63,837 nucleotides of DNA, taken from NCBI RefSeq assembly GCF_016432865.1, contig NC_067398.1:703266001-703329837 (forward strand). The letters run 5' to 3'. The position numbers and the translations under genes are program-made. Below the pieces are notes generated by a model. It was not told where the DNA came from, did not search any database, and saw nothing but the letters and a program-made list of their open reading frames with translations. This DNA is from Antechinus flavipes. Taxonomy: Eukaryota. This document shows, one piece after another, positions 12,490 through 24,604 of the stretch; positions within the stretch are counted from its first letter, which is position 1; every line of letters begins with the position of its first letter.

Positions 12490-12930
12490 ATGTAAACTTT
12501 TTTGCCTGACATTTATGGATCTGTATAACTGACTCCAGCCTATTTTTCAAGGCTGATTGCCCATTACTCCCCTCCTGTATTCCTTGCTCTAGTTACACTG
12601 TCCTATTTACCATCTCCTACCCCAGTGCCTTTGCCTAGACAGTACCCCATGCCAGAAATGCAATCCCTTCTCATCTCTGCCTCTTGAAATTTTGGCTACT
12701 TTGGAGACTCAGCTTAAGTGCTACTTTCTCCAAGAGGTCTGTCCTGATTCCCTTAGGCACCATGAAATCAAACTCTCCTTTTCTTCATTCATTTTTCCTC
12801 ATTCATATAAACCTGTATTTACCTATTAGTGAAATGTTTTATCTCCTACTAAAACGGAAACTTCCTGAGGTCAGAGATTGTTTCATCTTTACTTTTGTAT
12901 CTCCAGCTAATAGCATTTAGCAATGCCTTT
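12490..12930 (+). mobile_element. L2 3' fragment
   Basis: cctttgcctagacagtaccccatgccagaaatgcaatcccttctcatctctgcctc...ttttgtatctccagc. Confidence 0.75.
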
Positions 12931-12963
12931 TTCCACAAAAATGATTTTGTCAAGTTAATTCAA

Positions 12964-13420
12964 TTGTTGTTATCTTTCATTTCAAAGAGAACCAATGATA
13001 TATTACAGATGATGTGAATTGGATAAAAGAGGAAGAGTTGCACAGAGAGTGGATTAACCCCACTCTCTCTTCCAAAGTCATTGACATCTAATGGCAGGAC
13101 AAAAGTCAATATGGCTGCCAATGGCATGAGATGCAGTAGATGACCTTGTCATTCTCAGCGGATAGTCAAATTCTAAGTGATCAGCAGCCACATTCATGGC
13201 TGTTGACACAACTTATTCTCATCTGCCCATTCTGCCAGTGGAAGTACTCCCCTATCTCACTGATGGGTCGAGACCCTTTAATTCCTTTCATCTTTCTTTA
13301 GCCGTCTGCCCAGAAGGTTTTCCTGGGAGGTAGGAATAAGGGGTGGATATTGCGCACACTACAGCTTCTTGCAGTCACAGGTGAGAATTGGGGAATAGGT
13401 GAACACCAAAGGAGGACAAT
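12964..13420 (-). mobile_element. RTE-related non-autonomous element (WALLSI4/RTESINE-like)
   Basis: Begins with the antisense RTE-type tail ttgttgttatctttcatttcaaagagaaccaatga; second copy at 30068-30560 shares ctgcccattctgccagtg and cacag/cacaa...gagagttgggt motifs. Family name from memory. Confidence 0.75.
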
Positions 13421-15289
13421 CTGTTACTGTTGTTTCTGCTGCTCCTCTTCCTTCCCCCTACTGCTATTCCTTAACATTTATTAAGTACTTGCTATCTTCC
13501 AGGCAATGTATTAAGCTCTGAGGGATTGAGGGGGAAAAACAATAACAGGGCTCCCGCCCTCAAGTAGAACAATATGATGGAGGAAGATAACATAAAAAGA
13601 ACTGTGTACAAATAAGACCTATATGGTATAAATATGGAAGGTCATCTCAGAGGGAAGATTCTAGTAGGAGGGTTGGTGGTGGAGTCTCCTGTAGGAAGTA
13701 GGATTTAAGCAGGAGGATGAAAATAGCATTGATTGTTCCATTCTGCAGGTAGAATCAAAACTTAAGATGAAAACAACTCAGGAAAGGTAACCCACTGCCC
13801 AAAAATTTCTTCAGCTGTGTCCTTTCTTCTCATCATAATGAAAAGGACACTAAATAATAGAAAAGAATTAAAAATCTGAAGGGCCATAAAGGAGGAAAAA
13901 GGCACAGAATGGAAAGGTTGTGAAAACAAGTTGACTACTTCAAAATATTACCATGACTTCATATTTATCTTCCAAAGGGTATTAATAAATATAGCACATC
14001 TCCCAGAACAACTTCTTTCTAGAACACTTAAGCTTTCTGGGGGGAACTATTAATGTGATCATATGAAATTTGATTTATTTAAGGAAAATGTTCAGAAGGG
14101 AGTGTCTCAAACCCATCTCCTTGGAGACAGAGATGCAGGTAAAGTAGTATTTATTTTGAATTCACAGACAATTTAATAAGAAGAACCCCCAAAACATTCA
14201 TACACAAAACTTTAAACTCCTCTGCATAGGAGCCTATGAGCTCAAATAGAACTAATATCTCCAGTAGGAAGAAATAATTAGCAAATTCAAAAGTATTCTG
14301 TTTACATTTCTATTCCCAAACCGAATTGTTTAAGAAAGGAATGGTACATTATTTATAACCATTAGCAATTGAAAGTGTTTAAATTTTCATAAATTTTGCA
14401 TTTGACATTAGAAAGACAGTTTAGGTCAATATTTTTATGCTTTTGCAGTATAATTTTTAATCTTTTATTTTTATTCATATTTGTTGTTTTATTTATTAAG
14501 TATCTTAATGTGTGCTGGGCATAGTGTGAAATGATGGTAATACAAATACGATAAAGACATGTAGTTCTTCCCTCAAAGTATTTATCGTATAATCGTGTGG
14601 GGAAGATAACATATAATACACAGAAAAGGGAAGAGCAGACAATATCCTAAAAGAAGCTGAAAAGTCAGGGAGGGGATGCATCAAAGGGTATGAGGTTCAC
14701 TGGACTCAAACCATGTACAGTTGCCTGTACAATTCTGATCTGAACCCTCCATAAAGGAAAACTCTGAGAGGAGTTTATTGCTCCATTCGCCAACTCTCCA
14801 ACAAGAAAGGAGAAACTACTGAGGGAGTTGTCAAAGTGTTAAAAATCAAAAGCTTAGTCAATTAGCAGGGTAATGAGATTTTAGGTTATCAGATCATCCA
14901 GGGGGAGATATAATGTTCCTTGGAGTTGGAAACCAAATAGAACTGCTGATAGAAAATGGAATTTCTCTCCTGGAGAGCTACTAGGAAGAAACTTCTCCTA
15001 CAAAGGCAGGTCAGCACTTTCTCTGCAACTTAAAACTTGCGTAGAGTCCTGAGAAGTGAAATAAATTGCCCCAAATCTACTGTTTGTCCAAGGTAGAACT
15101 GGATTCTGGGATTGATGTGTTTTCACCGTCATCTTGCTTTTCATTAAGCAAATAATGAGCACTTCAGAAATGCTTCTGGTTGAGAGGTGGACCAGTGTCC
15201 CTGAAATTTAAAGTCTGCACTGGACTATGTTGATTAAGTGTCTACCAAAAATCCAGCAGCCATCAGCTTGCCTAAGGAGGAACAAGTTG

Positions 15290-15520
15290 TTGTTGATTGT
15301 TATTCGGTCATCTATAACTCTTCATGACCCCCTTTGGGTTTTCTTGACAAAGTTACTGGTGGTTTACCATTTTGTTCTCAAAGAATTGGGAAATTGAGGC
15401 AAATAGGGTTAAGTGACTTGCCTAGGGTCACATAAGTAATAAGTGTCTGAGGTCAGAATTGAATTTGGATATTCCTGACTCCAGGCCCAGAGCTCTAATC
15501 CCTATATCACCCAGATGTTC
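15290..15520 (-). mobile_element. MAR1-type SINE
   Basis: tcttcatgaccccctttgggttttcttgacaaag...tgaggcaaatagggttaagtgacttgcctagggtcac. Confidence 0.8.
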
Positions 15521-15999
15521 TACAGGGGCAAGAACAGATAGGAATCAGGAGCAAGCCAAAGCTCCTGTACCAGTAGGAGTGGAATCTAGTCTGTGAGTAG
15601 CCTCAGTACTTCCAGACTGGCTGAGATGAGGAAATCCAATTAAGAAAATAAAACTTGTAGGATAACTGATTATTTGGTCCTGCTGTAAAGGATCTAGATC
15701 ACTGTCTTGCTTTGTTTTTTAACATCCAATTTGTATGTAGGACTAGTTTTTTCTCAAAGGGAACATCTCCATCTCCTATATTATTCCAAATCATCCCAAA
15801 TGGAGAGCCTAAATATATTAATGGATGTTCAGGAAGTAAGATCTAACAGAGAATCAGTTTCAAAAGCAAGAGGAAACCCAAACTCTGGGATGTGATTTTT
15901 TTTTTTGGTATCAGTTTAAATCTGAATTTCCTGTGCTCTATTTTACGTGTGTAATGAGAAAGCTCCAAGAAAGTCAACACTGTCAGAGCTGAAACTCAG

Positions 16000-16420
16000 C
16001 CTTCGCAGAGTCAGTCATCCCAAACATCTGGGAAGCCAAGGGGAGAAGCTATTCTCAGAGCCTCTCTTTGATAAGAAAACAAAACTTCCTTTATTAAAAC
16101 AGCATCTCATTGTTCTTGCTTGATGATTCTGTTTATACAGCTGGAGTGTCAAGTTCGCGCAATCCATTATATTCAAGGTGGCTTTTTTGTCTTCCCCTTC
16201 CTCCCAGACAGACAAGGTCAATTAAGATGAAATATACAATAAAGTCGCTTCCTTGCCTTGAATGAAAATATGAAATTGTGGCCAGTCATGGCAAATGGAA
16301 AAGCCTATCATAGATCTGTGGGAAACCTTGAGGCGCAGATACCATAGAGCAGTCAGGTCAATTACAATTAGGCAAAGTTTAATCAACTGGAACCCACGCT
16401 TATTAGGAATCCTTTTGCAT
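16000..16420. promoter_or_regulatory. Candidate enhancer (nuclear-receptor half-sites + homeodomain sites)
   Basis: Repeat-free, several retained CpGs; AGGTCAATTA at 16215 and 16355; TCAAGG-type sites near 16173 and 16325. Confidence 0.35.
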
Positions 16421-16559
16421 TCCGTTTTTAGAGAAAAGATGGATATGATGGTTGTACATATGCACATACACACGCACACACACGCATACATACACAGAGC
16501 ATTGTCTTTGTCAAGATGACTTCTCCCCTGGCTCTGGAACACTGGATTAGGAACCAGAA

Positions 16560-17120
16560 AACTCTTTTATTTCCCCCCGCCTTGTCACCTCACTTTCTAA
16601 TTTGACTATTTCTGCTGGTGTTCTTATTCTTCCAGTCACCCACGTTTGCCATGGATCCCTCACTTTCCCTTACCTCTTTCTCCAACATCCAATCACTTGG
16701 CCAGTCTTGTTTTTACCTCCACAACATCATTCCCATCCATCCCCTTCTCTCTGATCACATAGCAATACATGGCTCGCCTCCCTCCTCCAGCTGAGGTTTT
16801 TATCACCTTTTATTTAAACCATGGTAATAGACTCCTAGTGCTGTCCCAGCCTCTATTCTCTCCTCTCTCTATTTTGTCCTTTACATAATTGAGCAAATTG
16901 ATATTTCGAAAGTACAGGTCTCACCATGTTACTCTTTGACTCAAAAAGCTCTCTGCTAAATATAAAATTAAGAACAAGGAATTATTCTAAATATAACATG
17001 CAAATTCATCCGTTTATCATGGAAACTCCATAATCTGCTTTCAGATTGTTTGTTTCTCTTCCTTAATTTTCATCTCCCATCTCTGTCTCTTTGTATAGGT
17101 TGTCCCCCATTCCTGTAATA
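16560..17120 (+). mobile_element. L2 fragment
   Basis: ccaacatccaatcacttggccagtcttg...acctccacaacatc...aaagtacaggtctcaccatgttactctttgactcaaaa. Confidence 0.75.
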
Positions 17121-17124
17121 TACT

Positions 17125-17385
17125 GGCTGTGAGACAGCTGGATTAGACAGTGGACCTGGAGTCAGGAATATCTGAGTTCAAATCCAGCCTCCAAAACTTG
17201 CTAGTCCTGTGACTTTAAGCAAGTCACTCAATTGCTATTTTCACTTTCCTCAACTGTAAAAAGGGGATTGCAATGTACCCACCTCACAGGGTTGCTATGA
17301 GGATCAAGTGAGATGATTTTTGTAAAAACAAAACAAAAAGAAACTACTTAGCACAGTGGCTGACACACAGTAGGGGCTATTTAAG
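17125..17385 (+). mobile_element. MIR SINE, near full length
   Basis: ggacctggagtcaggaatatctgagttcaaatccagcctc...ctcaactgtaaaaagggg...cagggttgctatgaggatcaagtgagat. Confidence 0.85.
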
Positions 17386-18936
17386 TATTGGGGGGGATTG
17401 CTTTGTTGTCCCTTCCCTCTTCACTTCCATGTCTTGGAATCCCCAGCATCTTTCAGATGTTGCTTCCTACAAAAGACCTTTGAGATCCAGATAAATGTCA
17501 GCTTTTTCCAATTCCCCCACTTAACATTCCCCCTTCCTTAAATTACTTCATATATAATTCGTATTTATTCATTTGTTTGTTTATTTATATAGATTTTCTT
17601 TCTCTCTTTCCATGCTCTCCCAAAGGAAAAAAAATGTCACTAGAACTGACCTGTAGTCCAGAATCTGCTTTTAATGCCCTTTGTGACCTCACAGAGGTTA
17701 ATGTGGAGTGATGGACAAACTGCTAAAGTTGGTACCAGGAAAATCTAAGATCATATCTGTCTTTTATCATGAGCACCTGCAGAAGTTTCAACATAGACTC
17801 ATGGAATAATGAATCTGAAAGTGCAAGAGATCTCAGAGGCCATATTTTTTAAAGCTAGCATATTTTTGCAAAATATTTTACAAATATTAATCCATTTGAA
17901 CCTCATGACAACGCTGGGAGGTAGGTGTTACTATTATCCCCATTATACAGATGACAAAACTGAGGCAGACAGCAGTAATGTGACTGGCCAGAGTCACACA
18001 GGTAATAATGGCTGGAGGTTTTTCAGACTCAAGGCCTAATGCTCTATCCATTGTTCTTAAGTTCCATCTCCCTCATTTCATAAATGACAACCAGATCTAG
18101 GGATGTAAAGTGACCTTTGTCAAGTGCCACAAGTAGTAAGTGTGAGAGCTGATATTGAGAGATAACATAAATAGTAGAAAGAGTCAGGTGATCATGGGTG
18201 CAAATCTTGCCTTTGTCAAGTGTAAACTTTTCTAATCTTTCTGACATGGTTTCTCCATTTATGGTTGAGGAAGTTGAATTAAATCGCTTCCTTCCAGCTT
18301 TGGATCTATGATTCTATAATCTCTCTGGGTCTGTTTCTCTTTCTAGAAAATGAGAAGGATGTACTAGATCTCTGAGGCCTCTTCTGGCTTCCAGGCTATA
18401 TAACATGGTGTCTCTCAGTTCTTTGACTTCCTCCAACTAAATGATCTTGAGGATTCCCTTGGTTTCCAACTTCATGACTACATGACAATCCCTCACATAA
18501 AGGTACCTATACCCAGCAATCCACATGGAATTGGTCCTATCTCCTGCATTCTCTCCACCACAGCACTGCTAAAAAAAAATCTATATTCCCTCACCATATC
18601 CCCTTCTACCTCAACTTGGTTCCGCCATGTTCTGCTCAACAAGGCAGAAAATGGACTAACCTATTTTAGAGAGAGTTTCAACAACAAAGACTCAAGGAAA
18701 AGAGTTTTCTGATTAATGCTCAGTTAGCCAGAAAATTTAATTACTTTAAATTCTCCCTGCCTCTCAGTTAGTTTTCCTCTGCTACAATTATTGGGAAAAA
18801 TCTGATTCTATTTTTTTCTTCTCTTATGCTTCAAGGTCTCCCTGAACCAAAGATCCAAGAGAAGAGAGTGAGATACATTGGGAACAAGGAAACCGGGTTC
18901 AAATCCCAGATCATAACATGACTAGTTTATATAATC

Positions 18937-19583
18937 CTGGAAAATCATTTCTTTTTTTTTTTTGCTTTGATTGCCCAGTATCTACTTTAATATTTCTCCA
19001 AGGAAAATCCACTATATTTTAATACAGGGTATTCTTCTTTTTGGATAATTACAACTATTTTTTTAAATAACTTTTTATTGCTAGAACGCATGCCAGGGTA
19101 ATTTTTTACAGCATTATCCCTTGCATTCACTTCTGTTCCGATTTTTCCCCTCCCTCCCTCCACCCCTTCCCCCAGATGGCAAGCAGTCCTTTACATGTTG
19201 AATGAGTTGCAATATATCCTAGATACAATATATGTGTGCAGAGCCGGACAGTTTTCTTGTTGCACAGGGAGAATTGAATTCAGAAGGTATAAATAACCCG
19301 GGAAGAAAAACAAAAATGCAAGCAGTTTATATTCATTTCCAGTGTTCTTTCTCTGGTTGTAGCTGCTTCTGTCCATCTTTGATCAATTAAGGCTCTCTTT
19401 ATCGAAGAGATCCACTTCCATCAGAATACATCCTCAAACAGTATCGTTGTTGAGGTATATAATGATCTCCTGGTTCTGCTCATTTCACTCAGCATCAGTT
19501 CATGTAAGTCTTGCCAGTCCTCTCTGTATTCATCCTGCTGGTCATTCCTTACAGAACAATAATATCTGGAAAATCATTTCTTT
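18937..19583 (-). mobile_element. Young 5'-truncated L1 (~510 bp) with 94-bp 3' transduction, poly(A) and 15-18 bp TSD
   Basis: TSD ctggaaaatcatttc(ttt) at 18937-18951 and 19566-19580; T12 at 18952-18963; non-L1 segment 18964-19057; L1 AATAAA (minus) at 19074-19079; L1 3' UTR with many intact CpGs. Confidence 0.88.
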
Positions 19584-19988
19584 CTCTCAGTTCCCATTTT
19601 CTTCTCTTTAAAATGACTCAGAAGGCAGAGACCTAGATTCAAATCCTCTCTCTAATGGGGACTACTTTGGGCAAGTAACCCAGAGCCTTGGTGTCCTTCT
19701 CTGAAAAATCAGGAGCTTAAACTTAATGGCTTCTGTCATACCTTCCAGTTCTGGGGCTAGGATCCTGTGAGCCCATTAGCTCTTCCAGAGTCTTAGGAGG
19801 GAAATGCTCAGCAAAACAGAATGATTTTCATTTCTCCAATTCTTTATTATGATTCTTCCATTAGGAAAAACCCACCCAAAGACTAAGAAAAACATGTGAG
19901 AAAATAGTGGAACCTAAAGTCCCTTATAGGCTCTTGGATAAACAGCCCTTAAATGAATTTGTGGGTCCATGACCAATTCAGAGTTTCT

Positions 19989-20120
19989 AGAGCTGGGGGA
20001 GGTCTTACAACAGGGGATGTCAGAGCTGGGAGAGGTCTTAGATAGGGGAAGTCAGGGCTTGGGTAGATTCTAAGAAGAGGGGATATCAGGGCTGGGAATG
20101 ATTTTAGAGATCACCCCAAT
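19989..20120. repeat. Minisatellite, ~4 x 32-34 bp
   Basis: Units begin agagctggg/agggctggg at 19989, 20022, 20054, 20088; the last unit runs into a MIR3-like end. Confidence 0.75.
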
Positions 20121-20975
20121 AAACCCCCTTATTTTATAGAAGTGAGTCCTAAGAGCCATCAAACAAGGAGCAATGACTTGTCCAAAGTCACAAGGGCAAC
20201 AATGTTGAAAACTTTAAAACTATGATTTCAAACCCACTAGGGTTTCCATTGCTCCAAAGTGTTCCTATCCTCTCTCCCAAAGAAGTTCACTCTCTGATAG
20301 AACCAGACTCATTACTATTTCCCAACTCAGCTCTATGTTTCTTTCTGGATCCAATAAAACGTCATCCTTGATGAAATAGCCAAGTTACTTTGGGATAGAA
20401 GGCATCATCCAAACTTGGGTGACAACACAGACAGAGGCAATGGCAAGTTTAAGCATAACAAAGATGCAACCCTCAGTCACAGCATTGAAAAGGAAATTTG
20501 ATTTTACCCAATTCCATTCAATTCAGAAAAAAACTTATTAACCATCTACTCTAAGCAAAGAATTGTGCTTCACTTGAGGGATACAAAAACAAAACAAGCT
20601 GCCGCTCTCCTCAAAAATCTAAGACATTAAAAAAGGTAGGTGAAATGGAGGAGATACAACTCAGATACAGAAGATCACAGAGCTAGGGCAGAGGAACCTC
20701 AGAAATAATTTAATCCAGCACCCTTCACTTTACTGAGGAGAAAACTTTACTGGGAAAGATAAGTGAATTTTCCAGGATCATACAGGTAGAAAAATGTAAA
20801 GGTGAGAAGTGAAGTGATTTGCTAATGATCACTCAGATATATCAGAAGTAAATTGTGCACCCTGGTCTTCTTGATTCTAGATGCTATTATTATCCAATAG
20901 TGCCACAACTCTGAACTCTCCGTCTCTAAGAAGCTTACAACCTCTGGACTCACTTAGGTGTAATATGGAGTCATG

Positions 20976-20976
<1 letters not shown>

Positions 20977-21008
<32 letters not shown>

Positions 21009-21143
21009 CAGCAACAACAACAATGACAAAAGCAGCATTAGAGTAGTAGTAATAATAAAGTAGTTGTAGTATAATAGTAGTATATTAGTAGTAGTAATAG
21101 TATAGTAGTGAGTGGTGGGGTTGGTTGGAGGAGGAGGAGGAGG
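20977..21143. repeat. Compound trinucleotide repeat (AGT)10-(AGC)-(AAC)...(TAG)-(GGA)
   Basis: Read directly; gives poly-Ser/poly-Leu ORFs. Confidence 0.9.
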
Positions 21144-21144
21144 G

Positions 21145-21630
21145 AAGCTTTTGTATGGCATTTTACTGTTCTGTAAAAACAGCATCTTATTTGACACTTT
21201 ACAACAACCCTGGAAGGTAGATGCTATTCTTATTCCCATTACACAGATGAGGAAAATAAGATAAGCAGAAGTGAAGTCCTTTGCCAAGGATCACACAAGA
21301 AGTAAGTGTTTGAGGGCAGGTTTAAACACAGTTCTTCCGGACTTCAATTTCAATACTCTTATCAATTGCCCATCTAGCTGTCTAGTAGAAAGAATAATAA
21401 TAATGTATACAGCATTTATATGTGTCAGCTAAATATAAATATCTCATTTGATCTTTAAAACAACTCTGGGAGGTAGTGTTATCCCCATTTTACAGATGAG
21501 AAAACTGAGGTAGATAGAGATCAAATGGCTTGTCTCAGGTTACACAGCTACTAAGTGTCTAAGACTGGATTTGAACTCAGTTCTTTCTGACTCCAGGCCC
21601 AAAACTACAGGCACCATACCACCTAGATGC
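21145..21630 (-). mobile_element. Two tandem MIR SINEs
   Basis: Two cccatttt(t)acagatgag(g)aaa...aagtg/aaatggcttg...cacac CORE blocks (about 21145-21375 and 21410-21630). Confidence 0.8.
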
Positions 21631-21839
21631 TTAGTAGAAAGAATATTTGATCTTGATTGGGAGGACCAGGTTTGTATCTACCTTACCTGTGACCTTGGGG
21701 AAGTCATTTAATTTCTCCAGATCTCAAATTTCCCTTTTGTAATACTAGAGTAATGAAAGAAGATGACCTCTGAGGTACTTGTAGTTCAAAATCTATGATC
21801 CTGCTTTTGAACTCCTTGTTCTTTATAATCTATCACAGA

Positions 21840-22070
21840 ATCATAGAACCTGACAGCTGGAAGGGATATCAGAAGTCATTTAATCCAATCCATACCTGGA
21901 AGGGATTCCCACCACATCCTATCCAACACGGAATCCCTCCAGTCAACACTTGAAGACTTCCAAGAAGAGAGAAGCTATCATCTCCCAATGCAACTCATTC
22001 CATTTGGGGACAGTTCAGATTATTAGGAATTTTTCAATGTAAATTTGCTTCATTTTACAATACTATGCTG
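21840..22070 (-). mobile_element. L3/CR1 3' end
   Basis: atcatagaacctgacagctggaaggga...acttgaagacttccaag...actcattccatttggggacagttc. Confidence 0.65.
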
Positions 22071-22364
22071 CTTCTTACATCTCATGATCTGATCATAATG
22101 TCAGAAGGAGCATGGTATAATTGAAAGAGAGCTTGATGTATTTAGAGACAGAGGTCCTGAGTTCCAATCATATTTCTAATTCTTACTACCCATGACTTTA
22201 GGGAAGTTTCCATTTCTTCATGTGTAAGATGAAGACCAGAAAAACTCTGACATTCCCAGATCTCAATCTGTGAATTGAGGTCTTGCTGATGACAAATCTA
22301 GTATCCTACTCACTATAAAATGCTGCCTCTCACTAATGACTCCTGTTTATGTAGACCTTCAGGC

Positions 22365-22605
22365 TTTGTGGCTGTTCAGTTTCCTTTCTGTCCAATTCTT
22401 CATGACTCCGAGAATATTCTTGGCAAAAATACTGGAGTGGTTTGCAATTTCTTCTCTAATGTGTCCTCATTTTCCAGATGAGAAACTAAGGCAAATAGGG
22501 GTTAAGTGGTCACACAGCTGGGCAGTGTCTGAGGCCAGGTTTTAATTCAGATTTTCCTGACTCCAAGCCCAGTGTTCTCTCCACTGCCTCACTTAGCTGC
22601 CACGC
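22365..22605 (-). mobile_element. MAR1-type SINE
   Basis: ttcttggcaaaaatactggagtggtttgcaatttcttctc...cagatgagaaactaaggcaaatagggg. Confidence 0.8.
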
Positions 22606-22719
22606 TTCAGGATTTACAAGGTCTTATCCTCACAATAATTCTGTAAAGTCAAAGGTACCATGAGCAATATAAAAAATACCAAGTTCAGAGACAAAGGACC
22701 TGGATTTAAATCCTGTCTC

Positions 22720-24595
22720 ACATAATAAACAAAACTAAGACCTGATTTTTTGAAGGCTTACAAAATCAATAAACCATTAGAAAATCTGATAAAGCAAAAG
22801 AGAGGAAAATAAAATTACCAAAATAAAAAAATGAGGAGAGTAAATTAATAAAAAAAATAAAGAGGAAACAAAAATAATTATCAGAAATTACTCTACATAA
22901 CTATATATCATAAAAACTTGGGATTCAAAGGAAATTGATGAGTATCTACAAAAAACAAAATGCTAAAACTAACAAAACAAGAACTAAATATCTTAAATAA
23001 TACAATCTTGGGAAACTAAATTGAGCAAGCCATAAATGATTTGTAAGATGAGAGAAGAAAAACCTGAAACATATTGATTTATAATTGAGTTTTATCAATT
23101 ATCTAAAGATCAATTAAAACTTTTATTGTTTAGAACTCCAAAAAATAGAAATAGAAAGCATTCTGCCAAACTTATTTTATGAGATGAATATAATCCTGAT
23201 ACCCAAACTAGGGAAATACAAAGATAAAGAGAATTATAAACCAATCTCACTAATGAATGTTAATGAAAACTTTTTTTAAAAATTCTTCATGTGGGGGCAG
23301 CTAGGTGGCACAGTAGATAGAGCATCAGCCCCGAAGTCAGGACCTGAGTTCAAATTTGGCCTTAGACACTTAACATTTCCTAGCTGTGTGACCCTGGGCA
23401 AGTCATTTAACCCCAATTACCACAGCAAACAAACAAACAAAAAATTCTTCATGTGGAAGTTACAGAAATATATGGAGAAAAGAGTTCACAATGACCAAGT
23501 TAAAGTTATGGCAGGGATTAAAAAATGATTAAACAATAATAAAATAATTCATGTAACTAATCATGTAAACAGCATAATTACATAAATACATAATTATTGG
23601 TAAAATTCAATGGTCATTGTTATGGAAATGTCCTTCTTTAATATGAACAAAAGCATATATTTAAAACTACTGTTTATAAAGTATAAAATTTGAAAGGTTT
23701 CTAGTGTGAAGTTGGAGAAAACCAAAAATGCCCTCTTGTCTTTTATCATGATACTAGAAATTCTGACTATAACATTATATCAAGAGTACAAAATCAAAAA
23801 CATAAAAAGTGGACAAAGTGAAAAGAAAACCTTTTCTATTTGCAGATGATTCAATGTTGCACTTAGAAAACCTCAGAGAACTAGCAAAGTAACAAATTAA
23901 GATGATTAATAACAAGGCTTCTGGATATAAAACATTTGAAAATTACTAGCATTAATTTATATGCTACATTAAGAAAACCAGCAATAAAAAATAAGAGAAA
24001 TTCAAAATACCTATATAGTTATTAATATTATTCTGGTTATATAATTCAAACAAATACACAGTTATTCAAAACTAATATGGTTATTTAATTCACTATGTAA
24101 TTGCTCAAAATGCTTATTAAATATATAAAGTTTCTGAGAATTATTTCTAAAACACATAAAATTGATATAAAATGCAACTAAAAACATTACTAAAATAAAG
24201 AGGAACATAAACAACTGGATACATATATAGTTTTCAAAATTGAAATGTGTGCCGATATAATAGCTAAGACAACACTATCTAATCATTTTACAGATTTAGA
24301 GTTACACTGATCAGAATACCTAGGGAATTTTTTTTTTTTAGAATTATACAAGATAACAACATAATTCATTTTTTAAGAACAAATGGTCAAGTATATCAAG
24401 GTAAATAATGAGAAAATGTGTGAATCAGAGAATCGCATCACAAGACATAAAACTATTATTTGGTGCTGATTAAAAAACCCAGAAAATTATATTAGTAGAC
24501 CTGATCAGAGAAGCAAAAACCAGAAGCATTGTAAAATGCAGACCACTGTTTGATAAAGCTAAAAACATGAGTTACTAGTAGGAAATGGACTCCAT
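22720..24595 (+). mobile_element. Old degraded L1 ORF2 fragment
   Basis: A-rich decayed ORF2: aaaatcaataaaccattag...aaagcaaaagagaggaaaa (KINKPL..LIKKKRE-like), ctatttgcagatgattcaatg (LFADD), tttgataaagctaaa (FDK). Confidence 0.85.
23294..23439 (+). mobile_element. WSINE1-type tRNA-derived SINE inserted in L1, 17-bp TSD
   Basis: ggggcagctaggtggcacagtagatagagc...gacctgagttcaaat...(caaa)n tail; TSD aaaaattcttcatgtgg at 23278-23294 and 23440-23456. Confidence 0.92.
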
Positions 24596-24604
24596 TTTAA
24601 TTTA

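Noticed and set aside
19989-20120. Possible CRISPR-like repeat/spacer array
   Set aside because: Units are contiguous degenerate tandem repeats with no unique spacers, in a mammalian context; no CRISPR anywhere in the window.
20877-21287. 136-aa poly-Leu/Thr ORF and poly-Ser ORF
   Set aside because: Translations of the compound triplet repeat and a MIR.
23294-23365. tRNA-like A/B-box sequences
   Set aside because: These are SINE heads (WSINE1/MAR1/MIR), not tRNA genes: they continue into CORE sequence and tails with TSDs.
23289-23528. 79-aa ORF MWGQLGGTVDRASAPKSG...
   Set aside because: Translation of a WSINE1; the same applies to 54181..54414 and 54461..54652.
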